DNA of 64,000 bases from contig CALHDX010000110.1 in the NCBI GenBank assembly GCA_938023105.1, positions 2,274 to 66,273 on the forward strand. The letters run 5' to 3'. The position numbers and the translations under genes are program-made. Position 1 is the stretch's first letter; each line of letters begins with the position of its first letter. The notes under the pieces are model-generated. The model saw nothing but the letters and a program-made list of their open reading frames with translations, did no database searches and was not told where the DNA came from. This document shows, one piece after another, positions 30,375-40,579 of the stretch. This DNA comes from an uncultured Atopobium sp. GTDB lineage: Bacteria; Actinomycetota; Coriobacteriia; Coriobacteriales; Atopobiaceae.

Positions 30375-30732
30375 TGTTTACCTCTTCCTTTGTTGGCTCT
30401 TCTGCTGGCTGTGTGTTAGTTGGTTCAGCATTTCCTGTCATGTAGCTTGCAGGACGCTCAGAAGGCTGTACATAGGTCATTGCACGTGTAGAATCGCTTA
30501 GTCCCTTGGTTGTTGGGTCAACGGTTACGCCAATAGCACCCAAGACGGCAACAACTACAGTACCAATCAAGTATGGATTGCTGATGAATTTCACGAACAC
30601 ATCAGCAAGGCTTCCCCAAGTAGTAAGGTCCGAGTATGCCAGTCCAAGGTATGCCAGGACAGGACTCATAACGATACCAGCCATTCCAATCCACCAAGCG
30701 GGATTGTGTAGACGTACTTTCCAGTTAATCAT
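30367..30732 (-). CDS. Holin (phi LC3-like)
   Basis: MINWKVRL...VDPTTKGLSDS.RAMTY signature. Confidence 0.9.
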   Translation of the reverse strand: MINWKVRLHNPAWWIGMAGIVMSPVLAYLGLAYSDLTTWGSLADVFVKFISNPYLIGTVVVAVLGAIGVTVDPTTKGLSDSTRAMTYVQPSERPASYMTGNAEPTNTQPAEEPTKEEVNNA

Positions 30733-30744
30733 GTCGATTCTCCT

Positions 30745-31122
30745 TTACTTCTCAAGCTTAGTAATGCGTGAGTCTAGGTTTTTTACGTCCGTTTTGACCT
30801 CTGCGAGGTCTGTTGCTGCTTTTTTTGACACTTCATCCGCCCTTCGCGCCACGATGCCAACCACAGACAGCTCAGCCGTGTGCTGTGTCAGTGTTGCAGT
30901 CAAGTCAGAGAGTGATTGCTGATACTTGCCAAGCTGCTCATTCATGACTTGTTGGCGGGTCTCTAGTCTGGTGAGGGTGTTGGTGATGGTGCTCTTCCAA
31001 GCGTCTTCTTTTTCTTTATCTTCTCGACTAGCACGCTGCCAATTCGAGATAGCAACAAGACCACCCAAGAACGCGCCCACAATGGAGATGAAGAAGGACA
31101 CCATCTCAGCTGTAATGTTCAT
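30745..31122 (-). CDS. Membrane plus coiled-coil protein of the lysis cassette
   Basis: N-terminal TM, coiled coil; directly upstream of holin; GGAGGTGAGG RBS. Confidence 0.65.
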   Translation of the reverse strand: MNITAEMVSFFISIVGAFLGGLVAISNWQRASREDKEKEDAWKSTITNTLTRLETRQQVMNEQLGKYQQSLSDLTATLTQHTAELSVVGIVARRADEVSKKAATDLAEVKTDVKNLDSRITKLEK

Positions 31123-31133
31123 GACCTCACCTC

Positions 31134-32012
31134 CTAGTGACTTACTGTGTATGTGAGGGAGCCTACACGCCAGGCGTTAGAGACTTTTCCACCCATGTCC
31201 TGCAGGTAAATGTTTCCGTCAGGTCTCGCTGAAATAGCAGTAATAACGTCAGCGTGTCCAGGGCAGATGCCTGAGTCATAGACGATTGACTCATTGCCAT
31301 CTGTGGCTGAGTTGTACTTCTCATGGTCTACAAGTGGAGGTCTTGAGTTTTCTGGCAATGTAAAAGGACATCTCACTGCATCGTAAGAGATGTTATTGGC
31401 GAGCCAACCTCGAACCTTGATGGTTACAGAATCGCCTGTCCTGTAAATGTGCCAGAAGTTGTTGTAGCTGCCTTGTGGTTGCAGGAAGATTACGTCAAAG
31501 TCAGTATCAGACTGCTTCTTGTCGTCTCCAAGAACGTTGATAGTAGGCAACAAAGATACAGGCTCACCAACGGTAATACCGTTGATTGGCAGACGATAAA
31601 GGGGCATACAAGCTGTAGTAGATCCAGAGAGAATGTCACCCTTTACATAGGTTGGGTCTACCGGATTACCTTGGTTGGTTGGAGTGCCCTGGATAACCTC
31701 ACAGGTGAACTTCTCTACACCGCCAACCTGCTTAGAGTACTTAAGCACGACCAAGTCATTGCGCTTGTAACCTGCACGACCATTAGCAACATTAAGTTCA
31801 AAAGGTTCCTCATTAGTCACCATGCGTGCGTCAAAGAGCACGTCACCTGTGTCAATGCGAACTCTATTGGCTGTCTGCATGGCAGCCTTAATTTGGTTCT
31901 GAGTCTGTAGAATGCCACGAACAGAACCAGCAACACCAGCGATTAGCCTACCAATCTGAGGAGCTGTAATGTGGTCCTTGCCTTGGAACGAAATAACACC
32001 ATCGAAAGCCAT
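31134..32012 (-). CDS. Tail/baseplate protein, candidate receptor-binding protein
   Basis: Last tail gene; KRNDLVV..Y and PLYRL..NG baseplate-like N-half, beta-rich C-half. Confidence 0.65.
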   Translation of the reverse strand: MAFDGVISFQGKDHITAPQIGRLIAGVAGSVRGILQTQNQIKAAMQTANRVRIDTGDVLFDARMVTNEEPFELNVANGRAGYKRNDLVVLKYSKQVGGVEKFTCEVIQGTPTNQGNPVDPTYVKGDILSGSTTACMPLYRLPINGITVGEPVSLLPTINVLGDDKKQSDTDFDVIFLQPQGSYNNFWHIYRTGDSVTIKVRGWLANNISYDAVRCPFTLPENSRPPLVDHEKYNSATDGNESIVYDSGICPGHADVITAISARPDGNIYLQDMGGKVSNAWRVGSLTYTVSH

Positions 32013-32240
32013 TTAACCCTCCTTTACCATGAATTGAGCGAACTCTTCATCACGTTTACGTGCGAGCTCGCGATACTTAGCAGCACAGTCAGGACAGAGA
32101 AGATAACTCTGCTGAACACCGTCTGCTGATACTCTGCTTATGCTCTTCCATTGCGAGGTAGCAAAGTCACTTTCAAGTAGAAAGGCTTCTTTCTTGCATC
32201 TATCGCATTGAAAGCGTGCAAAGCCACTTGTTTTTGCCAT
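32013..32240 (-). CDS. Small zinc-ribbon phage protein
   Basis: CDRC...LCPDC; TAATG overlap with upstream gene. Confidence 0.7.
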   Translation of the reverse strand: MAKTSGFARFQCDRCKKEAFLLESDFATSQWKSISRVSADGVQQSYLLCPDCAAKYRELARKRDEEFAQFMVKEG

Positions 32241-34000
32241 TAAGCTGTCCTTTCCCATTTGAAGCAGCCAAGAGAAGGTAGTTGTTGCCATCTACCTCCG
32301 TAGTTTGTTGCAGGGTTAACAAATGAAGTTGTTTCAATGACAGAGCCAACGGGGAAAGAGGGTGTAGTTGCACCGCCTTGAGTTGCTCCCTGGACGTTGA
32401 TAGTCACGTCACTAGATCCGTCAAATGAAGCTGTACCACTTACAGAGCCAACCAGCTTGATGGTGCGTGGCTGTGAGAGCTTCTTAGCAGCATTAGCGTC
32501 ACCACCCGGGGTAGATGCGCCAGCGTATGGATGTGTGTGGCTCGCAGGAGCTGCACCAACTTCTTGCGCGGTGTATGTTGGCTTTGCTGGAAGCTTTACG
32601 GTATGCGTCTGAGCGTCTGTAACGTGCCCTAAAGCGTCTACATTCACAGTTGCACCTAATTGCACCGTATCGCCCCAAGAAGCGTCTACGTTGCTCTCAG
32701 AGCCGTATGTGCCAGCGGTCACACCGGATGGCTCGTGAGCAAGAGCAACTGTGCCACCCGTGCGCTGCGCCTTGAGAGGTGTAGTTGCTGTGACTTCTGC
32801 AACCTTAGAGTCAACCTGCAGTGTGGCTCTGCCAATCTCACTGGCTGAATCTGTAGCTACCTTGCGGGCTTCATTTACTTTGTTCTCAAGGCTCTTGAAG
32901 TCTGCTCTTGATACTTCTGCAGAGATAGTACGTCCAGCAATAGAGATACCAGTGCCCGCTGTGTATGAGCTTGATACTGCGCCTGAGCCTGTGGAAGAGC
33001 CACGCTCAGCGGTACCGGATGAAGATGTATTACTAGCTGTACCGCCAACCTTGTAGCTGATGCTTACTTCAGTATCTGTGACAATGATGACCTTAGTGCC
33101 AACCGTTGCTGTAACGTGTAGACCAGTGACAGGATCTATGCCGGGGACAATGTCACCAATGCCAAACTCTTCATCATCGTCAAGTGTGACGTTAATTGAG
33201 TCAGCAGCTTGATACTCTTTGAGCTTCTTAGGACCGTCTTTTTCCAGCTCTTCACGACTTGCATTGGTGTAGTTGTATGTGGTTGTGCGCTCATCAATGC
33301 CAAAGAGCGTCTGTGTAGTGGAGATATTGCCACGCTCGTCTGCGTAGAAATGCAGCACAATACGGTTTTTAAGCTCACCAGAGCCAAGGCAAATAAGATG
33401 GTTGTAAGGTCTTACAACGCTCTTAATGGTTACGTCAGAATGTTCTGCGTCTGCGCCATCAGTCCAGTCTGTAATGGGCTTTACCGAAAGCACAATCATG
33501 CGCTCAATGGAGTCATACTCGATATTGAGACGCGCTGAAGAATCAGCAAGCATCTTTCTGATGCCTGTCCAAGCATCACAGTACCTGTCAAAGGTGTATT
33601 TGATGGTAATACCAGAGGTATCTTCTGAGACTTTGAACTGGTTTGCAAGTCCCAGACGCTGCACAAGCTGTTTTAGAACCTCATGAGCTTCACCACGCAC
33701 GCTGAGATAGTCTTCACCACTTGGTGGTTCAAGAACTCTGTCTCTGATGATGCCTTGCCATGATCTACCCGTGTACGTAATTGTGTTGTTGCCTGAGTTT
33801 GACTCTAGTGCATCAACTACACCGCCCCACTCAGTGCCTTCAACATAGACGTATGCGCCATCATCAAGACGCTGCTCAGAGTCAATGTCGAGCGTGAGCT
33901 CAAAGTCATTGCCCGTGTCTCCATATTCGAGGTCAAGGCGTGCTCCCTTCAGCACGCCAATATCGAGATGTGTTGCGTCTGTGTAGCTAATATCTGGCAT
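32240..34000 (-). CDS. Baseplate hub/Tal-like tail protein with fibre-like C-terminal extension
   Basis: Follows Dit; hub-like N-terminal ~320 aa, Ser/Thr linker, short coiled coil, beta-repeat C-terminus ending FPVGSV...WERTA. Confidence 0.75.
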   Translation of the reverse strand: MPDISYTDATHLDIGVLKGARLDLEYGDTGNDFELTLDIDSEQRLDDGAYVYVEGTEWGGVVDALESNSGNNTITYTGRSWQGIIRDRVLEPPSGEDYLSVRGEAHEVLKQLVQRLGLANQFKVSEDTSGITIKYTFDRYCDAWTGIRKMLADSSARLNIEYDSIERMIVLSVKPITDWTDGADAEHSDVTIKSVVRPYNHLICLGSGELKNRIVLHFYADERGNISTTQTLFGIDERTTTYNYTNASREELEKDGPKKLKEYQAADSINVTLDDDEEFGIGDIVPGIDPVTGLHVTATVGTKVIIVTDTEVSISYKVGGTASNTSSSGTAERGSSTGSGAVSSSYTAGTGISIAGRTISAEVSRADFKSLENKVNEARKVATDSASEIGRATLQVDSKVAEVTATTPLKAQRTGGTVALAHEPSGVTAGTYGSESNVDASWGDTVQLGATVNVDALGHVTDAQTHTVKLPAKPTYTAQEVGAAPASHTHPYAGASTPGGDANAAKKLSQPRTIKLVGSVSGTASFDGSSDVTINVQGATQGGATTPSFPVGSVIETTSFVNPATNYGGRWQQLPSLGCFKWERTA

Positions 34001-34941
34001 TATGCACTCACCTCACTTGGTACGCTCTGAGCAGCTACCGCCCTTGGCGTGCGTGTCTCACCCTGTGGCTGTTCTGTCTCATATGGAGGTGTTGAGCGTG
34101 TCTCATAGAGCGTGAGGTCAAAGTCAAAGGTGTTATCCCATGTGATGTCATCAGTTCCTGGCTTAATTGGCTCGAAGAGGTAAGAGCCGGAGCCGTGGGC
34201 TCCGCGCTCTCGGAACTTATAAACGTTCTCACGAGCACCGTTATCTTGCACCACAACAGCCGTTTTGCTTTGTGAGTCAACCTCAAGATATGCACCAGCT
34301 GCAATAGTAGTGTTGACCTTGTGCAGGTTATCGCCAATTCTGACATAGGGATTTGTAGCAGGACCATAGACACGCCAAAGCCAAGGAGATGTGCTCTTAG
34401 AAGGGTTAGTAAATGACTTGGCTGGCTTACCCTGGACAAGGTCAAAGGGGAAGTCTCTTGGGAAGTCAGGCTTAACACCAGCAACAGCACCGGCGGTCTC
34501 ATGCTCAAAGTAGAGCGTTGTCGACTTAAACCATGTGGGGTCTTCAACAAGAAGCGTTAAAACAAACTCTGCGAACTTATCAGAGAGCCAGTAGTTGGTA
34601 GGAGCTCCGCCGATAATGTAACAGCGAATACCCCATGAGCCTACTGTGAGCGTTCCTGGAGTGCGGTTTAAGATGTCTTTCTCACCAAGCTCAATAATCT
34701 TATTACGCAGCTCTAAGCCTTCTTCATCACTTTCAGCAGCAATTCCAACGGGGAACTTGATTGTTTTTGGCTTGTGGTCACGTCGTCTGAATGACGTAAT
34801 CCTGCTGGAGTTCTTGCCTGATGTGTATGACCACATCCAGTCTCTGAGTTCATGTTCCATGTAATGGAGGGACTTATCAGCCCCTCCAAACTCCATATAC
34901 TTACTACCGTCAGAGGTTGTGTATCTAATGTCTGTGCGCAT
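34000..34941 (-). CDS. Distal tail protein (Dit-like)
   Basis: Directly after tape measure; DFPRDFPFD and YGPATNP motifs. Confidence 0.7.
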   Translation of the reverse strand: MRTDIRYTTSDGSKYMEFGGADKSLHYMEHELRDWMWSYTSGKNSSRITSFRRRDHKPKTIKFPVGIAAESDEEGLELRNKIIELGEKDILNRTPGTLTVGSWGIRCYIIGGAPTNYWLSDKFAEFVLTLLVEDPTWFKSTTLYFEHETAGAVAGVKPDFPRDFPFDLVQGKPAKSFTNPSKSTSPWLWRVYGPATNPYVRIGDNLHKVNTTIAAGAYLEVDSQSKTAVVVQDNGARENVYKFRERGAHGSGSYLFEPIKPGTDDITWDNTFDFDLTLYETRSTPPYETEQPQGETRTPRAVAAQSVPSEVSA

Positions 34942-37859
34942 TATGCGCTCACCTCTCTTACCATGCGACCAAATTCACGGTTATTTACGTCAACTCTTAC
35001 AGGCTTTCCGTATGCGTCCTCAATACGCTTAGTCATGACATCCATCTGTGCTGAGAGATCTGCAATGGCTTGGTTTGTATCTGCGTAGATGCCATTAGCC
35101 ACAAGAGACGCAGTCATATCCATTTGCTTGTTAATAGGAACATTGAGCGCATAGCCATCAACGCCACTCTGAGCAGCTTCTGCGAGGTCTTGCGCTGCCT
35201 TGTAAACGTCTCGCTTACCGCCCGCGATACCAACAACAAAGCCGTCAACTGTGTAGCCACCAAGACCAGCCATGACACGCGATGGTGAGTGAATACCAAG
35301 CAATGCTTTGACCGCACCAACAACGCCATTAAAGACTCCACAGACTTGGTCTACTACCCAGCCAGCAAGACCAGATACGCCATTTACAAAGCCTTGGATG
35401 AATGCACGTCCTGCGCTACCAAGGTCAAAGCTTGTAATTGCGTTCTTTGCTTGGTTGAGTAAGTTGCCAACCGCTCCAAGCAAGCTGCCAATAATCTGTG
35501 GAACAGCTGCGACAATGGCTGTAAAGAGCGTTACTGCTGCACCAAGGAGCATTCCAATAAATGTTGGAAGGTTAGAGACAACGGTGCCAATGAGGTTGCC
35601 AATATTGCCAATAAGTCCTGGAAGAATTACAGGGATAGCGTTTACGATTGCCACAAAGAGGTCCACTGCAGCTGAGAGCAATGTTCCAACAAAGCCAGGA
35701 AGTCCTGTAATGAATACATCGATAATCTGTGGCAGGGATGCTGCTAGTACTGGAATGATTGCCACAACGCCGTCAACAAGTCCCATGAAAAGACCTTGCG
35801 CTGCTTCAAAGAGTGCCGGAGCGTTAGCAACAAAGCCGTCTACTAGACCTTGCAGGATCTGTGGAGCTGCTTCTGCAAGCTGTCCTGCAACTTCAGTGAG
35901 TGCCTGCAGGATAAAGGTGAACGCCTGCATTGCTCCAGCCATGAGGGAAGGCGCAGAAGCCACGAGAATGTCGCAGATTGCGCCGGCTGCAGCTCCAACT
36001 GCTTCAAGTAGTCCAGGAGCAATCTGCTGCCACGCTGCACCCATCTGTCCAAAGAGAACCTCGAATGCGTGTGCTAGCGTAGGACCTGCAGAAGCAAGAC
36101 CAGACGCCACCTGTGGAAGAACTGAGCTGATTTGAGATGCAAGTCCAGGGATGGCATCAGCAATACCCACGATATTGCTTGCAATGTTTGCTGCTGCCTG
36201 TGTAATGTCTCCACCCATAGCAACAAAGGCTGTACCAGCTACCGCTGCAGCGATTGAGAGCACACCAAGTACTACAGTTGCGCTACCAAAGCCAGAAGCA
36301 AGGTTTGCAACCATACCCATGGCTGGCTGCACTGCTCCTAAAAGCTTAGGACCTAAGCCCGTGAGTGCAGGTCCTAAAACGCCCGCAATGGCACTACCAA
36401 CGCCACCAAGCTTGGCAGCAATAGGAGCAGCAAAGGCAGAGACTGCGCTTCCAGCCTTGGAGAGCGCGGAAGTGACAGGGCTCATGAACTGAGCTACGTT
36501 ACCGCCAACAGTTGCCAGCACACCCTGCGCGTTTCTCGCAATAGAGGAGAGGTGCAGCGTTGTGCTTGTTGCCATGTTCTTAAACGTGGTCTGTGCAGCA
36601 GACACAATGGATGCGAGCTTAGTTGTAATTGGGTTGTTAAGACCGCTAAAAGCCTTTACAAGCTTGTCTCTGAACTCCCAAGCGTAAAGAATTGCAGTCT
36701 CCAGCCTGTCCTGGACTGTTGCAGCGATTGCGCCAAAGAATGACTTAAAGCCTGTGCTTAGACCTGCAACGGTAGAGAGTGTGCCAGGGACCATGCCCTT
36801 GATAACGGATAGACCGTTTGCAACAACGTTTGAAGCCTTGGAGAACACTCCAAGCATTTTGCCAGCGGTCTCCATTGACTTACCAATGACAAGAAGTGCA
36901 GGACCAGTGCCGGCAAGCATTCCAATAGACTTTGCAATGGTCTGAATGTCTGAAGCTGACATCTGATTGATTGCATTAGCTGCGTTAGTTGCCATAGAAG
37001 CGAGAGCTTCCATACCACGCTCAAAGAGGGGCATAAGCGACTCAACAAGCTTCTGAATTGGGTCTGCGAGCTTGGAGAGCGCGTCTGTCATCTTCTTGTA
37101 GCTATCAGTCTGATACATCTTCATGATGGTTGCGGTTGCTGCGTCAGAGAGGTTTGAGAGCACGCCAGTAAGCGTCCTGGACTGCTTAATCATCAACCCG
37201 CCAAAGTCACCCTGCATACCAGCCCTGATTGCTGCGATTGCCACATCAGCACTGACTGCCTTCTTAGTGACCATTTCCATTGCGCCAGCAACGTCTGTAT
37301 GTAGTGCCTTTGCGAGGTATTCCCAAGCAGGAATACCAACCTCAGTAAGTTGCATCATTTCCTGTGAAGCTGCAGTACCTTTACCGTGCATCTGACCTAA
37401 TGCACGAGTAATAGCGTCAATGCCTTGCTGACCAGCACCGAGCGCAGCTGTTGCGTTACCAACGTCTGTAAGCATGGGGATGACATCATCAGCAGCAAAG
37501 CCATAAGCGAGCATCTGCTGAGTTGCCTTATTCAGTCCTGCCATCTCAAACGGTGTGGTCTTAGCAAACTCGACTAGATCAGCAATCATCTTTTTTGCTC
37601 GCTCAGGACCAAGCATGGTATTAAAGGCAATGTCTACCTGCTCAGCGTTTGCAGCGGTCTGACTTGCCCACCGGGCAGCCTTTACGCCTGCAATGGCAAG
37701 GGGAGCGGTAATTGCAGCGGTAAGTACAGTGCCCGCTTTTGAGAAGCCACTGCCAAGGCTTGAGATTGCCTTAGAAGTCGTATCAGTTAGCTTGGAAACC
37801 TCGCTGGCGAATTTGGAAGAGTCACCAAGAATCTCAATGACTACTTTTCCATCTGCCAA
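34941..37859 (-). CDS. Tape measure protein
   Basis: 972 aa, Ala-rich; FAKTTPFE, ALGQM, periodic hydrophobic repeats, GIHSPSRVM. Confidence 0.95.
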   Translation of the reverse strand: MADGKVVIEILGDSSKFASEVSKLTDTTSKAISSLGSGFSKAGTVLTAAITAPLAIAGVKAARWASQTAANAEQVDIAFNTMLGPERAKKMIADLVEFAKTTPFEMAGLNKATQQMLAYGFAADDVIPMLTDVGNATAALGAGQQGIDAITRALGQMHGKGTAASQEMMQLTEVGIPAWEYLAKALHTDVAGAMEMVTKKAVSADVAIAAIRAGMQGDFGGLMIKQSRTLTGVLSNLSDAATATIMKMYQTDSYKKMTDALSKLADPIQKLVESLMPLFERGMEALASMATNAANAINQMSASDIQTIAKSIGMLAGTGPALLVIGKSMETAGKMLGVFSKASNVVANGLSVIKGMVPGTLSTVAGLSTGFKSFFGAIAATVQDRLETAILYAWEFRDKLVKAFSGLNNPITTKLASIVSAAQTTFKNMATSTTLHLSSIARNAQGVLATVGGNVAQFMSPVTSALSKAGSAVSAFAAPIAAKLGGVGSAIAGVLGPALTGLGPKLLGAVQPAMGMVANLASGFGSATVVLGVLSIAAAVAGTAFVAMGGDITQAAANIASNIVGIADAIPGLASQISSVLPQVASGLASAGPTLAHAFEVLFGQMGAAWQQIAPGLLEAVGAAAGAICDILVASAPSLMAGAMQAFTFILQALTEVAGQLAEAAPQILQGLVDGFVANAPALFEAAQGLFMGLVDGVVAIIPVLAASLPQIIDVFITGLPGFVGTLLSAAVDLFVAIVNAIPVILPGLIGNIGNLIGTVVSNLPTFIGMLLGAAVTLFTAIVAAVPQIIGSLLGAVGNLLNQAKNAITSFDLGSAGRAFIQGFVNGVSGLAGWVVDQVCGVFNGVVGAVKALLGIHSPSRVMAGLGGYTVDGFVVGIAGGKRDVYKAAQDLAEAAQSGVDGYALNVPINKQMDMTASLVANGIYADTNQAIADLSAQMDVMTKRIEDAYGKPVRVDVNNREFGRMVREVSA

Positions 37860-37875
37860 ATTGACCTCCTAGAAG

Positions 37876-38466
37876 TTAGAAGTTACGGAGTGCCATCTCC
37901 TTCAATTCATCTTCTGTTGGAGGTAACGCCCAAGCTTGAGCACGCCTAGCATGAGCACGCTCTTCTTCCTTTGTGGTGTCTCCTTCAAGGGGGCTTCTTG
38001 CAGCAACCGCTTGCCCTGTGAGCGTGTCTGGAGTGGCAAGTAGAGCTAGGTATAAGTTGATGAAGGTATACCAGTGAAGCTGTGTGGATTTGCTAGTGAG
38101 GTCTATTGAGTAGACACGCATAAAGTCAGCAGTCACAATGCCAGCGTCATAGTGCCAGTCAAAATTCTTCTTTCTGTAGTACTGGATGCGCTTGTATTGC
38201 TCACCGTAAGAAATAGTGTCAAATGCCCCAGAAACCCACTCAGACGCTGCCTGAAGAGCTTCTACTGGGTACTTCGACACTTGGTCTGGCAGTACCCCAT
38301 TTTTGGCATAGAAAAGGTTTAGCGTCCTTGCATTAGCAACAGCACTATTCTCTGTATCCATTGTCATGTAGATGAGAGAGGTTCTAAAGCCACTTTTAAT
38401 GGGTACAGATACTCCCGCCACGTCAACCGTGACGGGAGCACCCTTGATAACCGAGTCTAGAAACAT
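37876..38466 (-). CDS. Tail assembly chaperone (A118 Gp15-like)
   Basis: FDWHYDA..I.ADF..Y.IDL...LHWY.F motif; precedes tape measure. Confidence 0.75.
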   Translation of the reverse strand: MFLDSVIKGAPVTVDVAGVSVPIKSGFRTSLIYMTMDTENSAVANARTLNLFYAKNGVLPDQVSKYPVEALQAASEWVSGAFDTISYGEQYKRIQYYRKKNFDWHYDAGIVTADFMRVYSIDLTSKSTQLHWYTFINLYLALLATPDTLTGQAVAARSPLEGDTTKEEERAHARRAQAWALPPTEDELKEMALRNF

Positions 38467-38469
38467 TGA

Positions 38470-38850
38470 TTACTCATCCATGCTGGAGTTCTCTTGCGTA
38501 ATAAGCTCAGATACCTTGGACACAGCGTCGCTTGCTGAATAGACCTCTGTCAGAATCGAGATAATCTTCATCAGGCGGTAAATGTTGAGCCTGTTTGCCT
38601 TACCAATAAGCTCCTCTGCAGCTTCCTCACCAAGAGCAAAAGCAACAATATTGTGCGCTTCATCTGCAAGTGTTGTGAGGTTGTCCATAACCTCATCATT
38701 TGTGAGCCCTGTAAACGATGACAGACGCTTTGCCCAGGAGTTGGCTTCTACAACGAATGTGATGTTGCCTAGATCCACATCATAGGTCTTGCCCTCAATC
38801 TTCACCTTTGCCTTTGGTGCGCCATCAAGCTTGTAATTCTTCAGTGCCAT
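38470..38850 (-). CDS. Tail assembly chaperone (gpG-like)
   Basis: Position between tail tube and Gp15-like gene; GAGAGG RBS. Confidence 0.6.
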   Translation of the reverse strand: MALKNYKLDGAPKAKVKIEGKTYDVDLGNITFVVEANSWAKRLSSFTGLTNDEVMDNLTTLADEAHNIVAFALGEEAAEELIGKANRLNIYRLMKIISILTEVYSASDAVSKVSELITQENSSMDE

Positions 38851-38908
38851 AAGTGTTCCTCTCTATGGGTTTACCTTGGCTCATATCTTGTGCCACGGGT
38901 AACGCCAA

Positions 38909-38939
38909 CAAAAAAGCACCCAGCATATGCCAGGTGCTT
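38909..38939 (-). terminator. Terminator after major tail protein
   Basis: AAGCACC...GGTGCTT stem with U-tract on the minus strand. Confidence 0.6.
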
Positions 38940-38969
38940 CCCCAGAGAGGAGAGGAATGGGGACTATGT

Positions 38970-39488
38970 TTATGCAGCCTTAGTAAAAGCTGCAGTGTCA
39001 TAGTTGAAAGTGCCATACTCGTACTCATCGGTGATTGCAACCTTAAAGGCAATCTTGATTGGTGCAATATCAGAGCCGGAGAATGGCGAGACATTCAGCG
39101 TTGCCTTTGCATGCTTAGCAACAAGCGCGGTCTTCTCGCAAGCCTTACCTGCCTTGAAGTCGTATCCACAAGTGCGGACATACTCAACAGGTACGTCTAG
39201 AACATCCTCATAGCTTGCAAGAATCTTCTGGATGCCACCAGGACCCATAGCGTCAACCTCAAAGCTGAAGGTGTCGGTCTTGCCCAGGTTGTACTTAGGC
39301 TGGGTCTTACGGTCAATATAAGTTGGCTCGTAAGACTTAGACTCACGCTCTGGGTCTGCCTTGGTAGTCTCAGTTACACGGATGAAGCTCGTCTGTCCAG
39401 GGAACTTAATCCAGTGCTGAATCTCATAGATAGAGACAGGTGTGCGCTGTGTCTCTGTTGGCTGTGTAACAGCTGGTGATTCTGGCAT
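38970..39488 (-). CDS. Major tail (tube) protein
   Basis: Position, size, strong AAAGGA RBS, downstream terminator. Confidence 0.65.
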   Translation of the reverse strand: MPESPAVTQPTETQRTPVSIYEIQHWIKFPGQTSFIRVTETTKADPERESKSYEPTYIDRKTQPKYNLGKTDTFSFEVDAMGPGGIQKILASYEDVLDVPVEYVRTCGYDFKAGKACEKTALVAKHAKATLNVSPFSGSDIAPIKIAFKVAITDEYEYGTFNYDTAAFTKAA

Positions 39489-39510
39489 AATGCCGTCCTT
39501 TCTTTAAGGG

Positions 39511-39906
39511 TTAAACCCTGTACTTGATTTGGGCGATAAGCTGGTAGGTTGCGACTCCATCCTCACCAACACTGAAGGGAGATGGCAGTGTGGTGACATC
39601 ATGGGCGTATACAACAACGCCCTCTGGTGCACCACCGTCTTCAATGGCAGCTTGAACTTTGCGCAGCATGGCTAGACCGTCAATGCGCTCCTGCTCGTCT
39701 AGTGGGCGTGTCTGCAGATACACTTCATAAGGGAACTGCTTAATACCTCCACCAGAACAATAATGAAGTACCCATGGCTCACCCGGAGCAGCCTTAAGCA
39801 TTGCTTGTGCAGCTCCAGTGCCATTAGGGAACTGACCGTACTCAACAGGGATACCCGTGAGAATGTCTTTTAGCCAGTCAGTAACGCTTTGAGCGATGTC
39901 TACCAT
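39511..39906 (-). CDS. Tail terminator-like protein
   Basis: Position before tail tube; C-terminal YQL..QIKY. Confidence 0.55.
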   Translation of the reverse strand: MVDIAQSVTDWLKDILTGIPVEYGQFPNGTGAAQAMLKAAPGEPWVLHYCSGGGIKQFPYEVYLQTRPLDEQERIDGLAMLRKVQAAIEDGGAPEGVVVYAHDVTTLPSPFSVGEDGVATYQLIAQIKYRV

Positions 39907-40283
39907 GCCCCTCCAACTTTCTCTCCAAGAACTTTTGCGAACATTTGCTGCCATGCATTACCTCTAACACCTGCGCAACGGTCATACCAGTGATCACAGG
40001 CATTAGGAGCGTGCAGGGCATTCTGAAGCGTGTTGTGGTTGTGTGTTGAGTAGTACTGAATACGGGCATAAGCTGCTGCGTCTCCTGCTCCCCATTCAAC
40101 ATAAGCAGCACTGCCAGTTTGACGAGTAGTGCCAGAGCCTTGAAGAGCTCCTGAGTCATAAGGGACATAAGTCTTACAGTCAGCTAGTACGTTTTCAGCA
40201 ACGATGCCTAAAGCTGCTTCTACAGCGTTTGAAACCTTGTCTTTACAACGTTCAACATCAACGTCAACCACACGCATTCTCAT
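39900..40283 (-). CDS. Neck protein (minor capsid 2/HK97 gp10-like)
   Basis: YVPYDSGAL..S and AYARIQYY motifs. Confidence 0.7.
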   Translation of the reverse strand: MRMRVVDVDVERCKDKVSNAVEAALGIVAENVLADCKTYVPYDSGALQGSGTTRQTGSAAYVEWGAGDAAAYARIQYYSTHNHNTLQNALHAPNACDHWYDRCAGVRGNAWQQMFAKVLGEKVGGAW

Positions 40284-40579
40284 CTGGCTTCTACCTCCAC
40301 ATGATGTGTCTCGTGGTGAGTGGAATAAGGGTTTACAGAGCGCACCATACGCGCTTCTGATGCTGGTTTCTCCTCGGAGCTAATGCCACGAATAACGAAG
40401 TCACCAGCCTTGAGACCTGGGTCTCTGAAGAACCACACTTTAAGCACGTTGGCATTTTGTGGTCCTACGGTTGAAGCGGTATTAGCGAGCGTCTCTTCAA
40501 CGTGTACACCTTGATAGATAGATCGCGTGAACCCCTTATCCTGCTTGTGCCAAACGGTGACAGTATCCCAGGCAATCAT
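40280..40579 (-). CDS. Head closure protein
   Basis: Position; LKAGDFVIRG, HHVEV. Confidence 0.55.
   Translation of the reverse strand: MIAWDTVTVWHKQDKGFTRSIYQGVHVEETLANTASTVGPQNANVLKVWFFRDPGLKAGDFVIRGISSEEKPASEARMVRSVNPYSTHHETHHVEVEAR

Noticed and set aside
31134..34000. Diversity-generating retroelement or invertible tail-fibre cassette
   Set aside because: No reverse transcriptase, invertase, or duplicated template/variable repeat seen.
35300..36300. Periodic amphipathic repeats in the tape measure protein
   Set aside because: Ordinary feature of tape measure proteins.
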